From an uncultured Alphaproteobacteria bacterium (GTDB taxonomy: Bacteria; Pseudomonadota; Alphaproteobacteria; Sphingomonadales; Sphingomonadaceae), in the NCBI GenBank assembly GCA_963781025.1, contig CAWADU010000001.1, positions 5,558 through 69,557 of the forward strand: 64,000 nt of DNA, in the 5' to 3' direction. A model generated the notes under the pieces. The model was given only the letters and a program-made list of their open reading frames with translations, was not told the DNA's origin and ran no database searches. A program made the translations under genes and the position numbers. Positions 39,378-49,369 of this stretch are shown here, in pieces. Every line of letters starts with the position of its first letter. Positions within the stretch are counted from its first letter, which is position 1.

Positions 39378-41522
39378 TTAAGGGCTGGGGTTGTTCTCCT
39401 GCTCCATCTGGGTGAGCACAAAGGCATAAGCTTCCGCTTCTTCTTTCAGCGAATCCCACCGGCCTGATTTGCCACGATGGCCCGCGCCCATATTGATCTT
39501 CAGCAGTTGCAGATTGGCGTCGGTCCGCGTGGCGCGCAGTTTCGCGGCCCATTTGGCCGGTTCCCAATAGGTGACGCGCGGGTCGTTCAATCCACCCGTG
39601 ATCAGCATCGGCGGGTAGGCTTGCGCTTTTACATTGTCATAGGGGCTGTAGCTCCGGATCAGGTCGAATGCCGCCTTGTCGGTGATCGGATTGCCCCATT
39701 CGGGCCATTCGCCGGGCGTAAGCGGCAGTGTCTCGTCCAGCATGGTGTTGAGCACGTCGACAAAGGGCACATCGGCAACCACCGCGCCCCACAGCTCCGG
39801 CGCGCCATTCACGACCGCGCCCATCAGCTCGCCGCCGGCTGAACCCCCCTGGATCGCGATGCGACCGGAGTGCGCAAATCCGGCGTCGATCAGCCCCCTG
39901 GCGGCGTCGATGAAGTCATTGAAGGCGTTCGTCCGCTTGTCGAGCTTTCCGTCAAGGTACCAGCCATAACCCATGTCATCGCCGCCCCGGATATGGGCGA
40001 TGGCGTAGGCGAAACCCCGGTCGAGCAGGCTCAGCCGGTTGGACGAAAAGCGCGGCGGAATGGCGAGGCCATACGCGCCATAGCCATAAAGGAAGAGCTT
40101 GCCCGAGCCATCGCGGGGAAAGCCCCTTTTGTAGACGATGGAAACCGGCACCTTCGCGCCGTCGCGTGCCGTGACAAGAAGGCGCTCGGTCACATAGTTC
40201 GCGGCATTATAGCCGGACGGCACCTCCCGCACCTTCAACGCCGCCAGGGCGCGGGCGGCGGGATCGTAATCATAAACGGTATCGGGCGTCACCATCGACG
40301 AATAGCCCAGCCGGTAAGCGGTGGGCGCGAACTCGGGGTTGCTCGCCAGCCCCACCGTATAGCTCGGTTCGGGAAAGGCGATCCGATGTTCGTCGCCCGC
40401 ATAGGTGCGCAGCCGGATCTGGTCGAGCCCGTTCACCCGCTCCGTGATCACGAGATGGCCGGAAAAGCTCGACAGCCCGCGCAGATAGACGGTGTCCGAT
40501 CCGGCGATCACCGTTTCCCATTGATCCGGCCTGTCCAGCGTGGCGCGGGCGATGCGAAAGTTCACATGCGTGTCATTGGTCAACACCCAGAGCGTGCCGT
40601 GCGCCATGTCCATCGAATATTGCCGTTTCACCTTGCGCGGCGAAATCAGCAGGGGCGCGGCGTCAGGCCGGTCGGCGGGAACAAGGCGTATTTCGGACGT
40701 GTCATGGTCGCCGGTCGAAATAATGATATGGCTGCGATCCTGCGTGCGGTCGACGCCCACCGAAAAGCCGGGGTCGCTCTCCTCATAGAGCGTCACGTCG
40801 CTCTCGGGCGACGTTCCCAGCCGATGCAGGCGCGCCCGGTATGCCCGCCAGTTGTCGTTGACCTCGGTATAGACGAAGCTCGCGCCATTCGTCGCCCAGA
40901 CGATCCGGCCGATGGCGTCCTTCGTCACCGTCGCCACATCCGCGCCGGTAGCAAGATCGCGAACCCTCAGCTTGAAGCGTTCGGACCCGTCGTCATCCGC
41001 CGCCCAGGCGATCAGCCTGCCGTCGGGGCTCGCCTCCATCGCGCCGAGCCGGAAATATTCTTTTCCCGCCCCCTCGGCAGGCTCGTCGACCAGCAGTTCC
41101 GCCTCGCCCCCGCCGACCGGCTTGCGATACCATTTGCGGTACTGCGCGCCCTTGTCGAATGCCCACCAGTACAGCCAGTCGCCGTCCTTCACCGGCACGC
41201 TTGAGTCGTCCTCTTTCTGGCGACCCTTCATCTCCTCGAACAGGGCGTCGATGAGCGGACGGTGCGGCGCCATTGCTGCCTCGAAATAGGCGTTTTCGGC
41301 GTTCAGGTAATCGAGCACCGCCGCATCCTCGACCTTCGGATAGCCGGGATCGCGCAGCCAGGCGTAATCGTCGAACACGGTGATGCCGTGGCGGGTGAAA
41401 CTGTGCTGGCGAGGCTTGGCGGCTGGCGGCGGGGGCAGATCGGACAATGACAACTCCGTGGATGGAAACTGCGGCCCCAAGGGCCTATCTCTAACAGCAG
41501 TGATCTCAAGAGGTTTCGTCAA
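39378..41522 (-). CDS. ptrB: S9 family peptidase, oligopeptidase B-like
   Basis: 714-aa ORF. HGITVFDDYAWLRD..., catalytic GGSAGG, and an intact C-terminal triad region. There is no ATG near the N-terminus, so a TTG start is likely (41522, or more plausibly about 41447 after GGAG). Confidence 0.88.
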   Translation of the reverse strand: MTKPLEITAVRDRPLGPQFPSTELSLSDLPPPPAAKPRQHSFTRHGITVFDDYAWLRDPGYPKVEDAAVLDYLNAENAYFEAAMAPHRPLIDALFEEMKGRQKEDDSSVPVKDGDWLYWWAFDKGAQYRKWYRKPVGGGEAELLVDEPAEGAGKEYFRLGAMEASPDGRLIAWAADDDGSERFKLRVRDLATGADVATVTKDAIGRIVWATNGASFVYTEVNDNWRAYRARLHRLGTSPESDVTLYEESDPGFSVGVDRTQDRSHIIISTGDHDTSEIRLVPADRPDAAPLLISPRKVKRQYSMDMAHGTLWVLTNDTHVNFRIARATLDRPDQWETVIAGSDTVYLRGLSSFSGHLVITERVNGLDQIRLRTYAGDEHRIAFPEPSYTVGLASNPEFAPTAYRLGYSSMVTPDTVYDYDPAARALAALKVREVPSGYNAANYVTERLLVTARDGAKVPVSIVYKRGFPRDGSGKLFLYGYGAYGLAIPPRFSSNRLSLLDRGFAYAIAHIRGGDDMGYGWYLDGKLDKRTNAFNDFIDAARGLIDAGFAHSGRIAIQGGSAGGELMGAVVNGAPELWGAVVADVPFVDVLNTMLDETLPLTPGEWPEWGNPITDKAAFDLIRSYSPYDNVKAQAYPPMLITGGLNDPRVTYWEPAKWAAKLRATRTDANLQLLKINMGAGHRGKSGRWDSLKEEAEAYAFVLTQMEQENNPSP

Positions 41523-43303
41523 TGTCCACCTATGAAGCGCGGTTGAATGCGCTCCGTGATGAACTCAAGTCCCGCAAGCTCGACGGCTTTGTCGTGCCGC
41601 TCACCGACGAGCATATGAGCGAATATATCGGCGAATACGCCCAGCGGCTCGCCTGGTTGACGGGATTCGAAGGCTCGGCGGGAACCGCGGTCGTGCTTCA
41701 GGGCGAAGCCGCGATCTTCGTCGATGGGCGCTACACCCTGCAGGTACGGGACCAGGTCGACGGAAAATTCTGGAGCTATAAGTCCATACCGCAGACGAGC
41801 GTCGCCGAATGGCTGCAAGGCCATGCGCCCGAAGGCGCGCGCATCGGCTATGATCCCTGGCTTCATACCCGCCCATGGGTGAAGACCGCGCGCGAGGCGA
41901 TGGAGGCGAAAAACGGCGAACTCATCGCGCTTCCCGACAATCCGGTGGACAGCATCTGGCGGGATAGACCGCAGCCGTCGAACGCGCGCCTGATCGTCCA
42001 CCCCGATCGCCATGCCGGCAAATCCTCCGCTGAAAAGCGGCAGGAGATCGCCGAATGGCTTCAGGGAAAGCGCGCGGACGCTGCCGTTCTTTCCGCTCTG
42101 GATTCGATCGCCTGGGTGTTCAACATCCGGGGGGCGGACGTCGCCCGGACGCCGGTGGCCCTGGCCTTTGCACTGGTTCATTCCGACGGCACGGCCGATC
42201 TTTATGTCGATGAGGCCAAGCTCGACGACGGCGTCCGCGCCCACCTCGGCAATGCGGTGCGCGTCCATCCCCGGCTCGATTTCGTCAAAGGGCTTGCCGC
42301 GTTTGCCGGAAAGACGGTCGTTGCCGACCCCGCCACAGCCGTCACCGCGATCTTCGAACGGCTTGAGCAGGCAGGCGCAAAGGTCATTGAAGCGCGCGAT
42401 CCTGTCGTGCTGGCCAAGGCGATCAAGAATCCGGTCGAGATCGCCGGAACCAAAGCCGCCCATGTCCGGGACGGTGCGGCGCTTACCCGCTTCCTGCACT
42501 GGCTGGCGGTCGAAGCCCCGAAGGGTGGCCTCGATGAGCTGGCTGCGGCCGACCGGCTTCACGCCTTCCGCAAGGAAACCGGCGAACTGCGCGACCTTTC
42601 GTTCGACACAATTTCGGGAGCGGGCCCCAATGGCGCGATCGTCCATTACCGGGTGTCGGAAAAGACCAATCGCCCGATCGAGCCCGGCCAGCTTTTCCTG
42701 ATCAATTCGGGCGGGCAATATCCCGATGGCACGACGGACGTCACCCGCACCGTCGCCATCGGCGAACCGACCGCGGAAATGCGCGACCGGTTCACCCGCG
42801 TCCTGAAAGGGCATATCGGGATTGCCCGCGCCGTCTTTCCCAAGGGGACGCGCGGCAGCCAGCTCGACATCCTGGCCCGGCAGCATCTTTGGGCGGTCGG
42901 GCTGGATTACGCGCATGGCACCGGCCACGGCGTCGGCAGCTTCCTTGCCGTGCATGAAGGGCCGCAGCGGATTGCGACCGGCGGGGCGGTCGACGAGCCA
43001 TTGCAGGCGGGCATGATCATTTCGGACGAGCCGGGCTATTACAAGACTGGCGGCTATGGCATCCGTATCGAGAATCTGGTGCTCGTCGTGCCGCACCAGA
43101 TCGCGGGCGCGGAAAAGGAAATGTTCGGCTTTGAAACGCTGACGCTGGCTCCGATAGATCGGTCGCTCATAGATGAATCGATGCTGGACGATGGCGAAAA
43201 GGCGTGGCTCAATGCCTACCATGCCCGCGTGGCGGCAGAGCTTGGGCCGCTGGTCGGCGCCGAAACGCAAAGCTGGCTGCGGCAGGTGACGCAATCCATC
43301 TAA
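41522..43303 (+). CDS. pepP: aminopeptidase P family (M24B) protein
   Basis: 593 aa. N-terminal creatinase-like domains and a C-terminal pita-bread fold (HGTGHGVGSFLAVHEGP...EPGYY...GIRIEN). Confidence 0.9.
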   Translation: MSTYEARLNALRDELKSRKLDGFVVPLTDEHMSEYIGEYAQRLAWLTGFEGSAGTAVVLQGEAAIFVDGRYTLQVRDQVDGKFWSYKSIPQTSVAEWLQGHAPEGARIGYDPWLHTRPWVKTAREAMEAKNGELIALPDNPVDSIWRDRPQPSNARLIVHPDRHAGKSSAEKRQEIAEWLQGKRADAAVLSALDSIAWVFNIRGADVARTPVALAFALVHSDGTADLYVDEAKLDDGVRAHLGNAVRVHPRLDFVKGLAAFAGKTVVADPATAVTAIFERLEQAGAKVIEARDPVVLAKAIKNPVEIAGTKAAHVRDGAALTRFLHWLAVEAPKGGLDELAAADRLHAFRKETGELRDLSFDTISGAGPNGAIVHYRVSEKTNRPIEPGQLFLINSGGQYPDGTTDVTRTVAIGEPTAEMRDRFTRVLKGHIGIARAVFPKGTRGSQLDILARQHLWAVGLDYAHGTGHGVGSFLAVHEGPQRIATGGAVDEPLQAGMIISDEPGYYKTGGYGIRIENLVLVVPHQIAGAEKEMFGFETLTLAPIDRSLIDESMLDDGEKAWLNAYHARVAAELGPLVGAETQSWLRQVTQSI

Positions 43304-43314
43304 CCGGGAGACGA

Positions 43315-43900
43315 ATGATGACCAGGAATTTTTTCGCCGGCGCGGTCGCGCTTCGGAATCGCGGTTGCCGGCGGCTGGTCGATCGCTCAGGCATCGCAAG
43401 GGCAGAAGGGCGGGACGGTCTACGACTATAAATTGACCGCCATCGACGGCACGCCGATGCCGCTGTCGCATTTCCGGGGTAAGGTGGTTTTGCTGGTCAA
43501 CACCGCCAGCTTCTGCGGATTCACGCCTCAATATGAGGGGCTGCAAAAGCTCCAGAGCACCTATGCGCCGCGCGGCTTCACCGTGATCGGCGTTCCGTCA
43601 GGCAATTTCCTTGGCCAGGAATATAAGTCCAACAAGGAAATCTCGACCTTCTGCAAGACCAAGTTCGGCATCAAATTCCCGCTCGCCGAAAAGAGCGACG
43701 TCATCGGCCCGACCGCGATTCCCGTTTATAAATGGGCGGCGGCGGAACTCGGCATGGCGAACATCCCCAAATGGAATTTTCACAAATATCTGATCGGCCG
43801 CGACGGCAGGCTGATCACGGCATTCGGCACAAAGGTCGATCCGATGGATATTAAGGTGACGAACGCGATCGATGCGGCGTTGGAAAAGCCTGCCGGTTAG
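43315..43900 (+). pseudogene. glutathione peroxidase with a frameshift inside its signal peptide (or an assembly indel)
   Basis: A good SD (GGGAGA) and ATGATG at 43315 give MMTRNFFAGAVAL, after which that frame runs into nonsense. The +1 frame continues FGIAVAGGWSIAQASQGQKGGTVYDYKLTAIDG...VNTASFCGFTPQYEGL... to 43900. This GPx frame has no ATG/GTG/TTG before the TTG at 43433, which would remove conserved residues. Confidence 0.75.
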
Positions 43901-43914
43901 CAAAACCCCGCGCT

Positions 43915-44073
43915 TTAGCGGGATTGGCGCTCAGGGTCGGAAGACGATGATGCGCCTTCCGCCTCGTCCTTCGGCTTCTCCTCCGCAACCGCCCGGGCCT
44001 GCGCCTTTCTGCGCCGCAGGTTCGCGCGAAGCGCCTCGGCCAGCCGCGCTTTCTTTTCCGCTTCTAAAGTCAT
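43915..44073 (-). CDS. possible small basic protein (52 aa)
   Basis: Own translation: MTLEAEKKARLAEALRANLRRRKAQARAVAEEKPKDEAEGASSSSDPERQSR. 38 of 52 codons end in G/C. Below the ORF-track length cut-off. I recall similar KARLAxALRxNLRRRKAQ peptides in Alphaproteobacteria, unverified. Confidence 0.35.
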   Translation of the reverse strand: MTLEAEKKARLAEALRANLRRRKAQARAVAEEKPKDEAEGASSSSDPERQSR

Positions 44074-44197
44074 GCGGTTCTTTTGCCGCGATCCGGGGAC
44101 GGTGTCAGCCCCGTTTGCTTAGGCATCCGCAAAGCTTGCCTTGACAACAAGGCCATGCTTTGCCCATAGCGCGGCCTCGCCGGTTCGGCGGGGTCAC

Positions 44198-44272
<75 letters not shown>

Positions 44273-44334
44273 CCCCCCGAACGGCGAGATATCAGGCGTG
44301 CAGGCCCTCGGCGCCTGCCGCTGCGCCTGAAGCG

Positions 44335-45150
44335 TCATGACCGGCTGGCCGTGGCGCTCAAAGCCCGCAGCCCCACACGATAGTCGGGATAAAGAGGCCG
44401 CCAGCCAAGCAGCCGCTTGGCCTTGTTGTTCGCGACGCGTCGATTTTCGTCATAGAAAGCCTGTGCTTGCGGCGAGAGCCGGGCTTCGGCGAGCGATTGC
44501 AGCGGCGGCGGCGGCATGCCCAGCAGATGGCATGCATAGGCGATCACCTGGTTCTGGCTGCACGGGAAATCATCAGCCAGATTGTAGAGGCCGGCCGGAC
44601 CCTGTTTCATCGACAGGACGACGCCTGCGGCGATGTCGTCGACATGGACTCGGCTGAAGACCTGCCCAGGCAGGTCGATGCGACGCGCCTGGCCGCCAAG
44701 CACGCGTTCCAGTGGCGACCGCCCCGGCCCATAGATGCCCGGCAGGCGAAAGATGCGAACGTCCGGGCGTATTGCCTGCCATTCCCGGTCCGCCGCGACG
44801 CGCATATTGCGCCTGCCGCCCCCGATGGGCGCTGTTTCGTCCACATAGGCGCCGCCGGTGTCGCCATAGACACCGGTAGCGGACAAATAGCCGGTCCATT
44901 GTGCGGCCGATCGTCGCAGATGCTCGCCATAGCGGGACAATACCGGATCGCCGCCGTCTGCCGGTGGAACCGAGGACAATATGTGAGTCGCGCTCGCAAT
45001 GGCCTTGCGCACATTGGCATCATCGTCGAATGCGATGGATGGGCCTTCGGCTTGCTGCTTCGTGGCCGTGATCTGCCACCCTTTCGCAGCCAATCGCGCG
45101 GCGATGCGTTGACCGGAATACCCCATTCCGAAGAGAAGCAGATGTGGCAT
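44335..45150 (-). CDS. NAD(P)-binding Rossmann-fold protein (SDR/epimerase family)
   Basis: 271 aa. MPHLLLFGMGYSGQRIAARL is a glycine-rich dinucleotide-binding N-terminus. Confidence 0.8.
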   Translation of the reverse strand: MPHLLLFGMGYSGQRIAARLAAKGWQITATKQQAEGPSIAFDDDANVRKAIASATHILSSVPPADGGDPVLSRYGEHLRRSAAQWTGYLSATGVYGDTGGAYVDETAPIGGGRRNMRVAADREWQAIRPDVRIFRLPGIYGPGRSPLERVLGGQARRIDLPGQVFSRVHVDDIAAGVVLSMKQGPAGLYNLADDFPCSQNQVIAYACHLLGMPPPPLQSLAEARLSPQAQAFYDENRRVANNKAKRLLGWRPLYPDYRVGLRALSATASRS

Positions 45151-45197
45151 CGCCGCTGTCTAGCGCGTCGCAAACGAACCGCGTAGAGGCAATCGAC

Positions 45198-47790
45198 ATG
45201 GACGCGCATTCTACAACTCCGCACCCGGTTCGCCGTCAGGACTATCGGCAGCCCGACTGGCTCGTGCCGCAGCTCGCGCTCGACTTCGATCTCGATCCGG
45301 CGCGAACCAAGGTGAAAGCGACACTGTCTGTCGTACGAAATGGCGATCACGACCGCCCGTTGCGGCTGGACGGCGCCGGGCTGACGCTGTTGAAGGTCGT
45401 GCTTGACGGCCGCGAGCTTGCGCCGGGTGCGTGGCGCATGGAGGCGGGCCAGCTTGTCCTGGACGTGAAGGCGGCTTCGGCGACGGTCGAAACCCTGGTC
45501 AGCATTTCGCCCGAAACGAATACCCAGTTGATGGGGCTTTATGCCTCGGGCGGGTTATTGTGCACGCAATGCGAGGCTGAAGGGTTCAGGCGCATCACCT
45601 GGTTTCCGGATCGTCCGGACGTGCTCAGTCGCTATCGCGTGCGTCTTCGGGCCGAACGCGCGCGGTTTCCGGTGCTGCTGTCCAACGGAAACCTCGTTGC
45701 CGAAGGCCAGGGGGCCGATGCAATGCACTGGACGGAATGGGAAGATCCGTTTCCCAAGCCCTGCTATCTGTTTGCCCTGGTTGCGGGCGACCTTGCCGCA
45801 TTGCGCGACACGTTCACGAGCGCCAGCGGTCGCAAGGTCGATCTCGGCATCTGGGTCCGCGAGAGCGATCTCGACAAGACGCAGCATGCGATGGCCGCGC
45901 TCAAGGCTTCGATGGCTTGGGACGAACGTGTTTATGGCCGCGAATATGACCTCAACCAGTTCAACATCGTCGCGGTCAATGATTTCAACTTTGGCGCGAT
46001 GGAGAACAAGAGCCTCAACATCTTCAACGCCCGCTACATATTGGCCGATGCGGAGACCGCGACCGACGCCGATTTCGATGCGGTTGCGGCGGTCGTCGCG
46101 CACGAATATTTCCACAACTGGTCGGGCAATCGCGTCACCTGCCGCGACTGGTTCCAGCTCTCGCTGAAGGAGGGCTTCACCGTCTTTCGCGATCAGAGCT
46201 TTTCGGCGGACGAAAGCTCATCGGCGGTCAAGCGGATCGAGGACGTGCGTTCGCTTCGCGCGGTCCAGTTCCCCGAGGACGCCGGGCCGCTGGCCCATCC
46301 GGTGCGTCCGGAAAGCTATTTTGAAATATCCAATTTCTATACATCGACCGTCTACAACAAGGGTGCCGAAGTCATCCGCATGATGGCGACCCTGCTTGGG
46401 CCGGAGCGGTTCCGGAAGGGCTCCGACCTCTATTTCGAACGCCATGACGGACAAGCCGTCACGTGCGAGGATTTCGTCCGCGCCATGGAGGATGCGAGCG
46501 GCGTCGACCTCACCCAGTTCCGTCTATGGTATTCCCAGGCGGGGACGCCGCGGGTGGAGGCCGCGCTGCGCTATGACGAAGCGTCGCGCGGCGCGGAACT
46601 TACGTTGAAGCAGGCTCTGCCGCCAACGCCTGGCCAACTGCAAAAGCAGCCGATGCATATCCCGCTGAAGCTGGCGCTGTTCGGTCGCGAGTTCCGGCGC
46701 GCGTCTCGTCGATGAAAAGCTGGTCGAGCTGCGGTCGTTCGAACAACGGATCGTGTTCAACGAACTTGCCGAAGCCCCTGTCCTCTCGATCAATCGGGGT
46801 TTTTCGGCACCCGTCGTCATTGAATCCAGGCGTGATGCCGGTGATCTGGCGTTCTTGTCGGGCCATGACGACGATCCCTTCGCCCGTTACGAGGCCTTGC
46901 AACAACTGATGCTCAATTCGCTGATCGCCGGTGTGGGGGGCGATCGGGGCGGGTTCTCCGCAGTGGTGGACGCGGTCGGCTGGACGCTGGACGACGACGC
47001 GCTCGACCGGGCATTTATGGCCGAAGCCGTGTTGCTGCCCTCCGAAGGCTTCATCGGCGATCGCATGGACAGCGTCGATCCCGAGGCCATTCATCAGACG
47101 CGCGAGGTCTTGCGCAAGGCCATGGGCAATGCGCTGGCGGACAAATGGCGGGCGCATTATGACGCAAGCTCTGCGAACCGCTTCGAGCTGTCGCCCGCCG
47201 CCAAGGGCGCGCGCAGGATGCGCTCGGTTGCGTTGGGATATCTTTCGGCAAACGGCGATCCGGATGCCGCGGCGCTGGCTTATCGGCAGTTCGAGACGGC
47301 GGACAACATGACCGACCGGCAGGGCGCGCTGGCGGTGCTCGCCAATGGTGACTCAAAGGAGCGGATCACCGCGCTTGCCGCCTTCCACGACCGGTATGCC
47401 CATGACCCGCTCGTCATCGACAAATGGTTCGCAACGCAGGCCCTGTCGATCCGTGATGATACACTGGAGGCCGTTGTCAGGCTGTCCGTTCATCCGGACT
47501 TCCATATCGCCAATCCCAACCGGCTGCGGTCGCTGGTCGGCAGTTTCGCTTCAAACCAGCGCGCGTTCCATTCGGGCGAGGGCGAAGGATACCGCTTCCT
47601 GGCCGATACGATAATTGCCGTCGACCGGATCAATCCCCAATCGGCGGCGCGACTGGTGACGCCGCTGGGCCGCTGGCGGCGGTTCCTCGGTGAAAGGAGC
47701 CAAACGATGCATCGCGAACTTGAGCGGATTGCTGCTGCGCCACGGCTGTCGAAGGACGTCCTGGAACAGGTTTCGAAGAGCCTGGGCTGA
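45198..47790 (+). pseudogene. pepN: aminopeptidase N, split by a single-base frameshift at about 46692
   Basis: ORF 45144..46715 carries GAMEN and HEYFHNWSGNRVT...LKEG and ends ...LALFGRE-FRRASRR*. The next frame reads SGARLVDEKLVELRSFEQRIVFNELAEAPVLSINRGFSAPV... and continues as ORF 46753..47790. The extra base is one T in gagTTcc. Confidence 0.9.
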
Positions 47791-47826
47791 ACGGCCTGTC
47801 CGCGAACGACCGCCCGGTCCGGGTTT

Positions 47827-48459
47827 TCAGACCGCGCCGACCCAGTCCGCGACCTGCTGGGCCACTTCGGTCGCTGCTTCGTTCAAGGCCCTCGCCACGG
47901 CGCGGGGATCCCGGCTGCTGGTGGGACGGCTGGACTCAAAGCGCCTGGTGGCGACACCCGTGCCGTCGGCAAGGGTGACGGTTGCGTCATATCGCACGCT
48001 TGCTTTGGGCGCCGACGGATCGGTCGCATCAAGGCCGAAGTCGACAAGCTGTCCCGTCAGCCGGTGTCCGGGGTCGTAAGTCGTCTGGCGCGGATCGAGC
48101 ACGACCAGCTTGGTGCGGGCTGTGATGGTATCCGACACAAGGCGCTGAAACAGGTTGCCGGGCGCCTCTACCCACTGCGCATTCTTGATATAGGCATATT
48201 CGGTGGGGCTTACGCGCACCGGAATGCGCATCGTCTGGATCGCGGCGGGTACGGTCGGTACCACCACCGTGATCGTTGCGCCGGCCTTGGCGCTTCGCGA
48301 TGGAAGCTCGGCCGGCACAGGCGACGACAGGGTGAAAAGGGTGGGGGGCGCCTTCGGCCCATTGAGCCCCAGACAGCCCGACAGGGCAAGCGATGCGGCT
48401 AGCGCGATGATCGGCTTATTTTGCATGGCGGGGCTCATAGTCTGGGAGTTTGGGTCCAC
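47827..48459 (-). CDS. ABC-type transport auxiliary lipoprotein (PqiC/DUF330-like)
   Basis: Lipobox ALSGC. Last gene of the Mla/Mce-type operon. The likely start is the ATG at 48426 (MQNKPIIALAASLALSGC). Confidence 0.8.
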   Translation of the reverse strand: MDPNSQTMSPAMQNKPIIALAASLALSGCLGLNGPKAPPTLFTLSSPVPAELPSRSAKAGATITVVVPTVPAAIQTMRIPVRVSPTEYAYIKNAQWVEAPGNLFQRLVSDTITARTKLVVLDPRQTTYDPGHRLTGQLVDFGLDATDPSAPKASVRYDATVTLADGTGVATRRFESSRPTSSRDPRAVARALNEAATEVAQQVADWVGAV

Positions 48460-49369
48460 CGAAGATCACGCTGTTCGGGTTTCGGTTCACCCGGTTGGCG
48501 ATAGCGTTCAGCGACGATGACATGTCGCGAAGTTCCACCACCAATTCACCGACCTGCGGCAGCGTCTGCTTGGAAAAGGCCTGCAAGCTTGGTTGCGCGC
48601 CCTTCATGGTCGTGTCGATGGTGGCGAGCGTATGGTCGGCCTGTTTCACCGCGCGACGAAGGTCCGCGACAAGCGGTTTCCCATCCTCGTTCATCAGCTC
48701 ATTGGTCGTGCTTGCCAGCTTGCCCATTTGTTCGGCGGCGTCGCCCGCTTGCTTGATCGCAACGCGCGCCTCGATCAGCGTCTGGGTGATTTCGGGCGAA
48801 TGATTGGCAAGTTCGCGGCTGATGCGGTTGGTGTTTTCCAATATCCCGGCGATGGACGCCTGGTTATGATCGGACAGCAACTGCGTCAGGCGTTCCGTCA
48901 ATGTCGTCAGCCTTTCCAGAAGCTGGGGCGCATTGTTCAGCAGTTCGCCCAGCGCTCCGGGCTTGGCCGGGATCACCGGCCTGCCTTCTGGCCCCGGTTC
49001 CACAATCGGCGGCGCGCCGCGAATGGCGCCGTCGAGCGCGATCTGGGATACGCCGGTGAACCCGATGCCTTCGATGCTTGCGGTGGTTCCCTGCAGGATC
49101 GGCACGTCGTCGTTGACGGAGATGCGTACCCGCACGAACTCAGGCGTGTTGGGCAATAACGCGATGTTTTTCACCTCGCCCACCGGGACGCCGGAAAAGG
49201 CGACGCCGGAGCCCCGCGCCAGGCCGCTCACCGATTGGTTGAAGAAGACGTCATATTCCTTTTTTTCCCCGCCGCCGATGCGTGCCATCCAGACGATGAA
49301 TATGACCGTGGCCAGTAGCAGGGCCAGTACGGTGGTGCCGACCAGGATATAGTTGCTCTTGTTTTCCAT
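48416..49369 (-). CDS. MlaD/MCE family substrate-binding protein
   Basis: 317 aa with an N-terminal TM followed by an MCE domain (FFNQSVSGLARGSGVAFSGVPVGEV). Confidence 0.85.
   Translation of the reverse strand: MENKSNYILVGTTVLALLLATVIFIVWMARIGGGEKKEYDVFFNQSVSGLARGSGVAFSGVPVGEVKNIALLPNTPEFVRVRISVNDDVPILQGTTASIEGIGFTGVSQIALDGAIRGAPPIVEPGPEGRPVIPAKPGALGELLNNAPQLLERLTTLTERLTQLLSDHNQASIAGILENTNRISRELANHSPEITQTLIEARVAIKQAGDAAEQMGKLASTTNELMNEDGKPLVADLRRAVKQADHTLATIDTTMKGAQPSLQAFSKQTLPQVGELVVELRDMSSSLNAIANRVNRNPNSVIFGGPKLPDYEPRHAK

Noticed and set aside
41447-41524. Head-to-head overlap of the ptrB and pepP start codons at 41520-41524 as a regulatory feature.
   Set aside because: The ptrB ORF start in the track is a TTG with no SD. 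A downstream TTG at about 41447, preceded by GGAG, gives an N-terminus (MSDLPPPP...) that matches the usual oligopeptidase B start better, so the overlap is probably an ORF-calling artefact.
41519-43546. 675-aa minus-strand ORF opposite aminopeptidase P and gpx.
   Set aside because: Antisense shadow of a conserved M24B peptidase, with no recognisable motifs.
43872-44144. 90-aa plus-strand Pro/Ala/Ser-rich ORF downstream of gpx.
   Set aside because: Low-complexity translation that overlaps the gpx 3' end. The opposite strand encodes a more protein-like 52-aa peptide.
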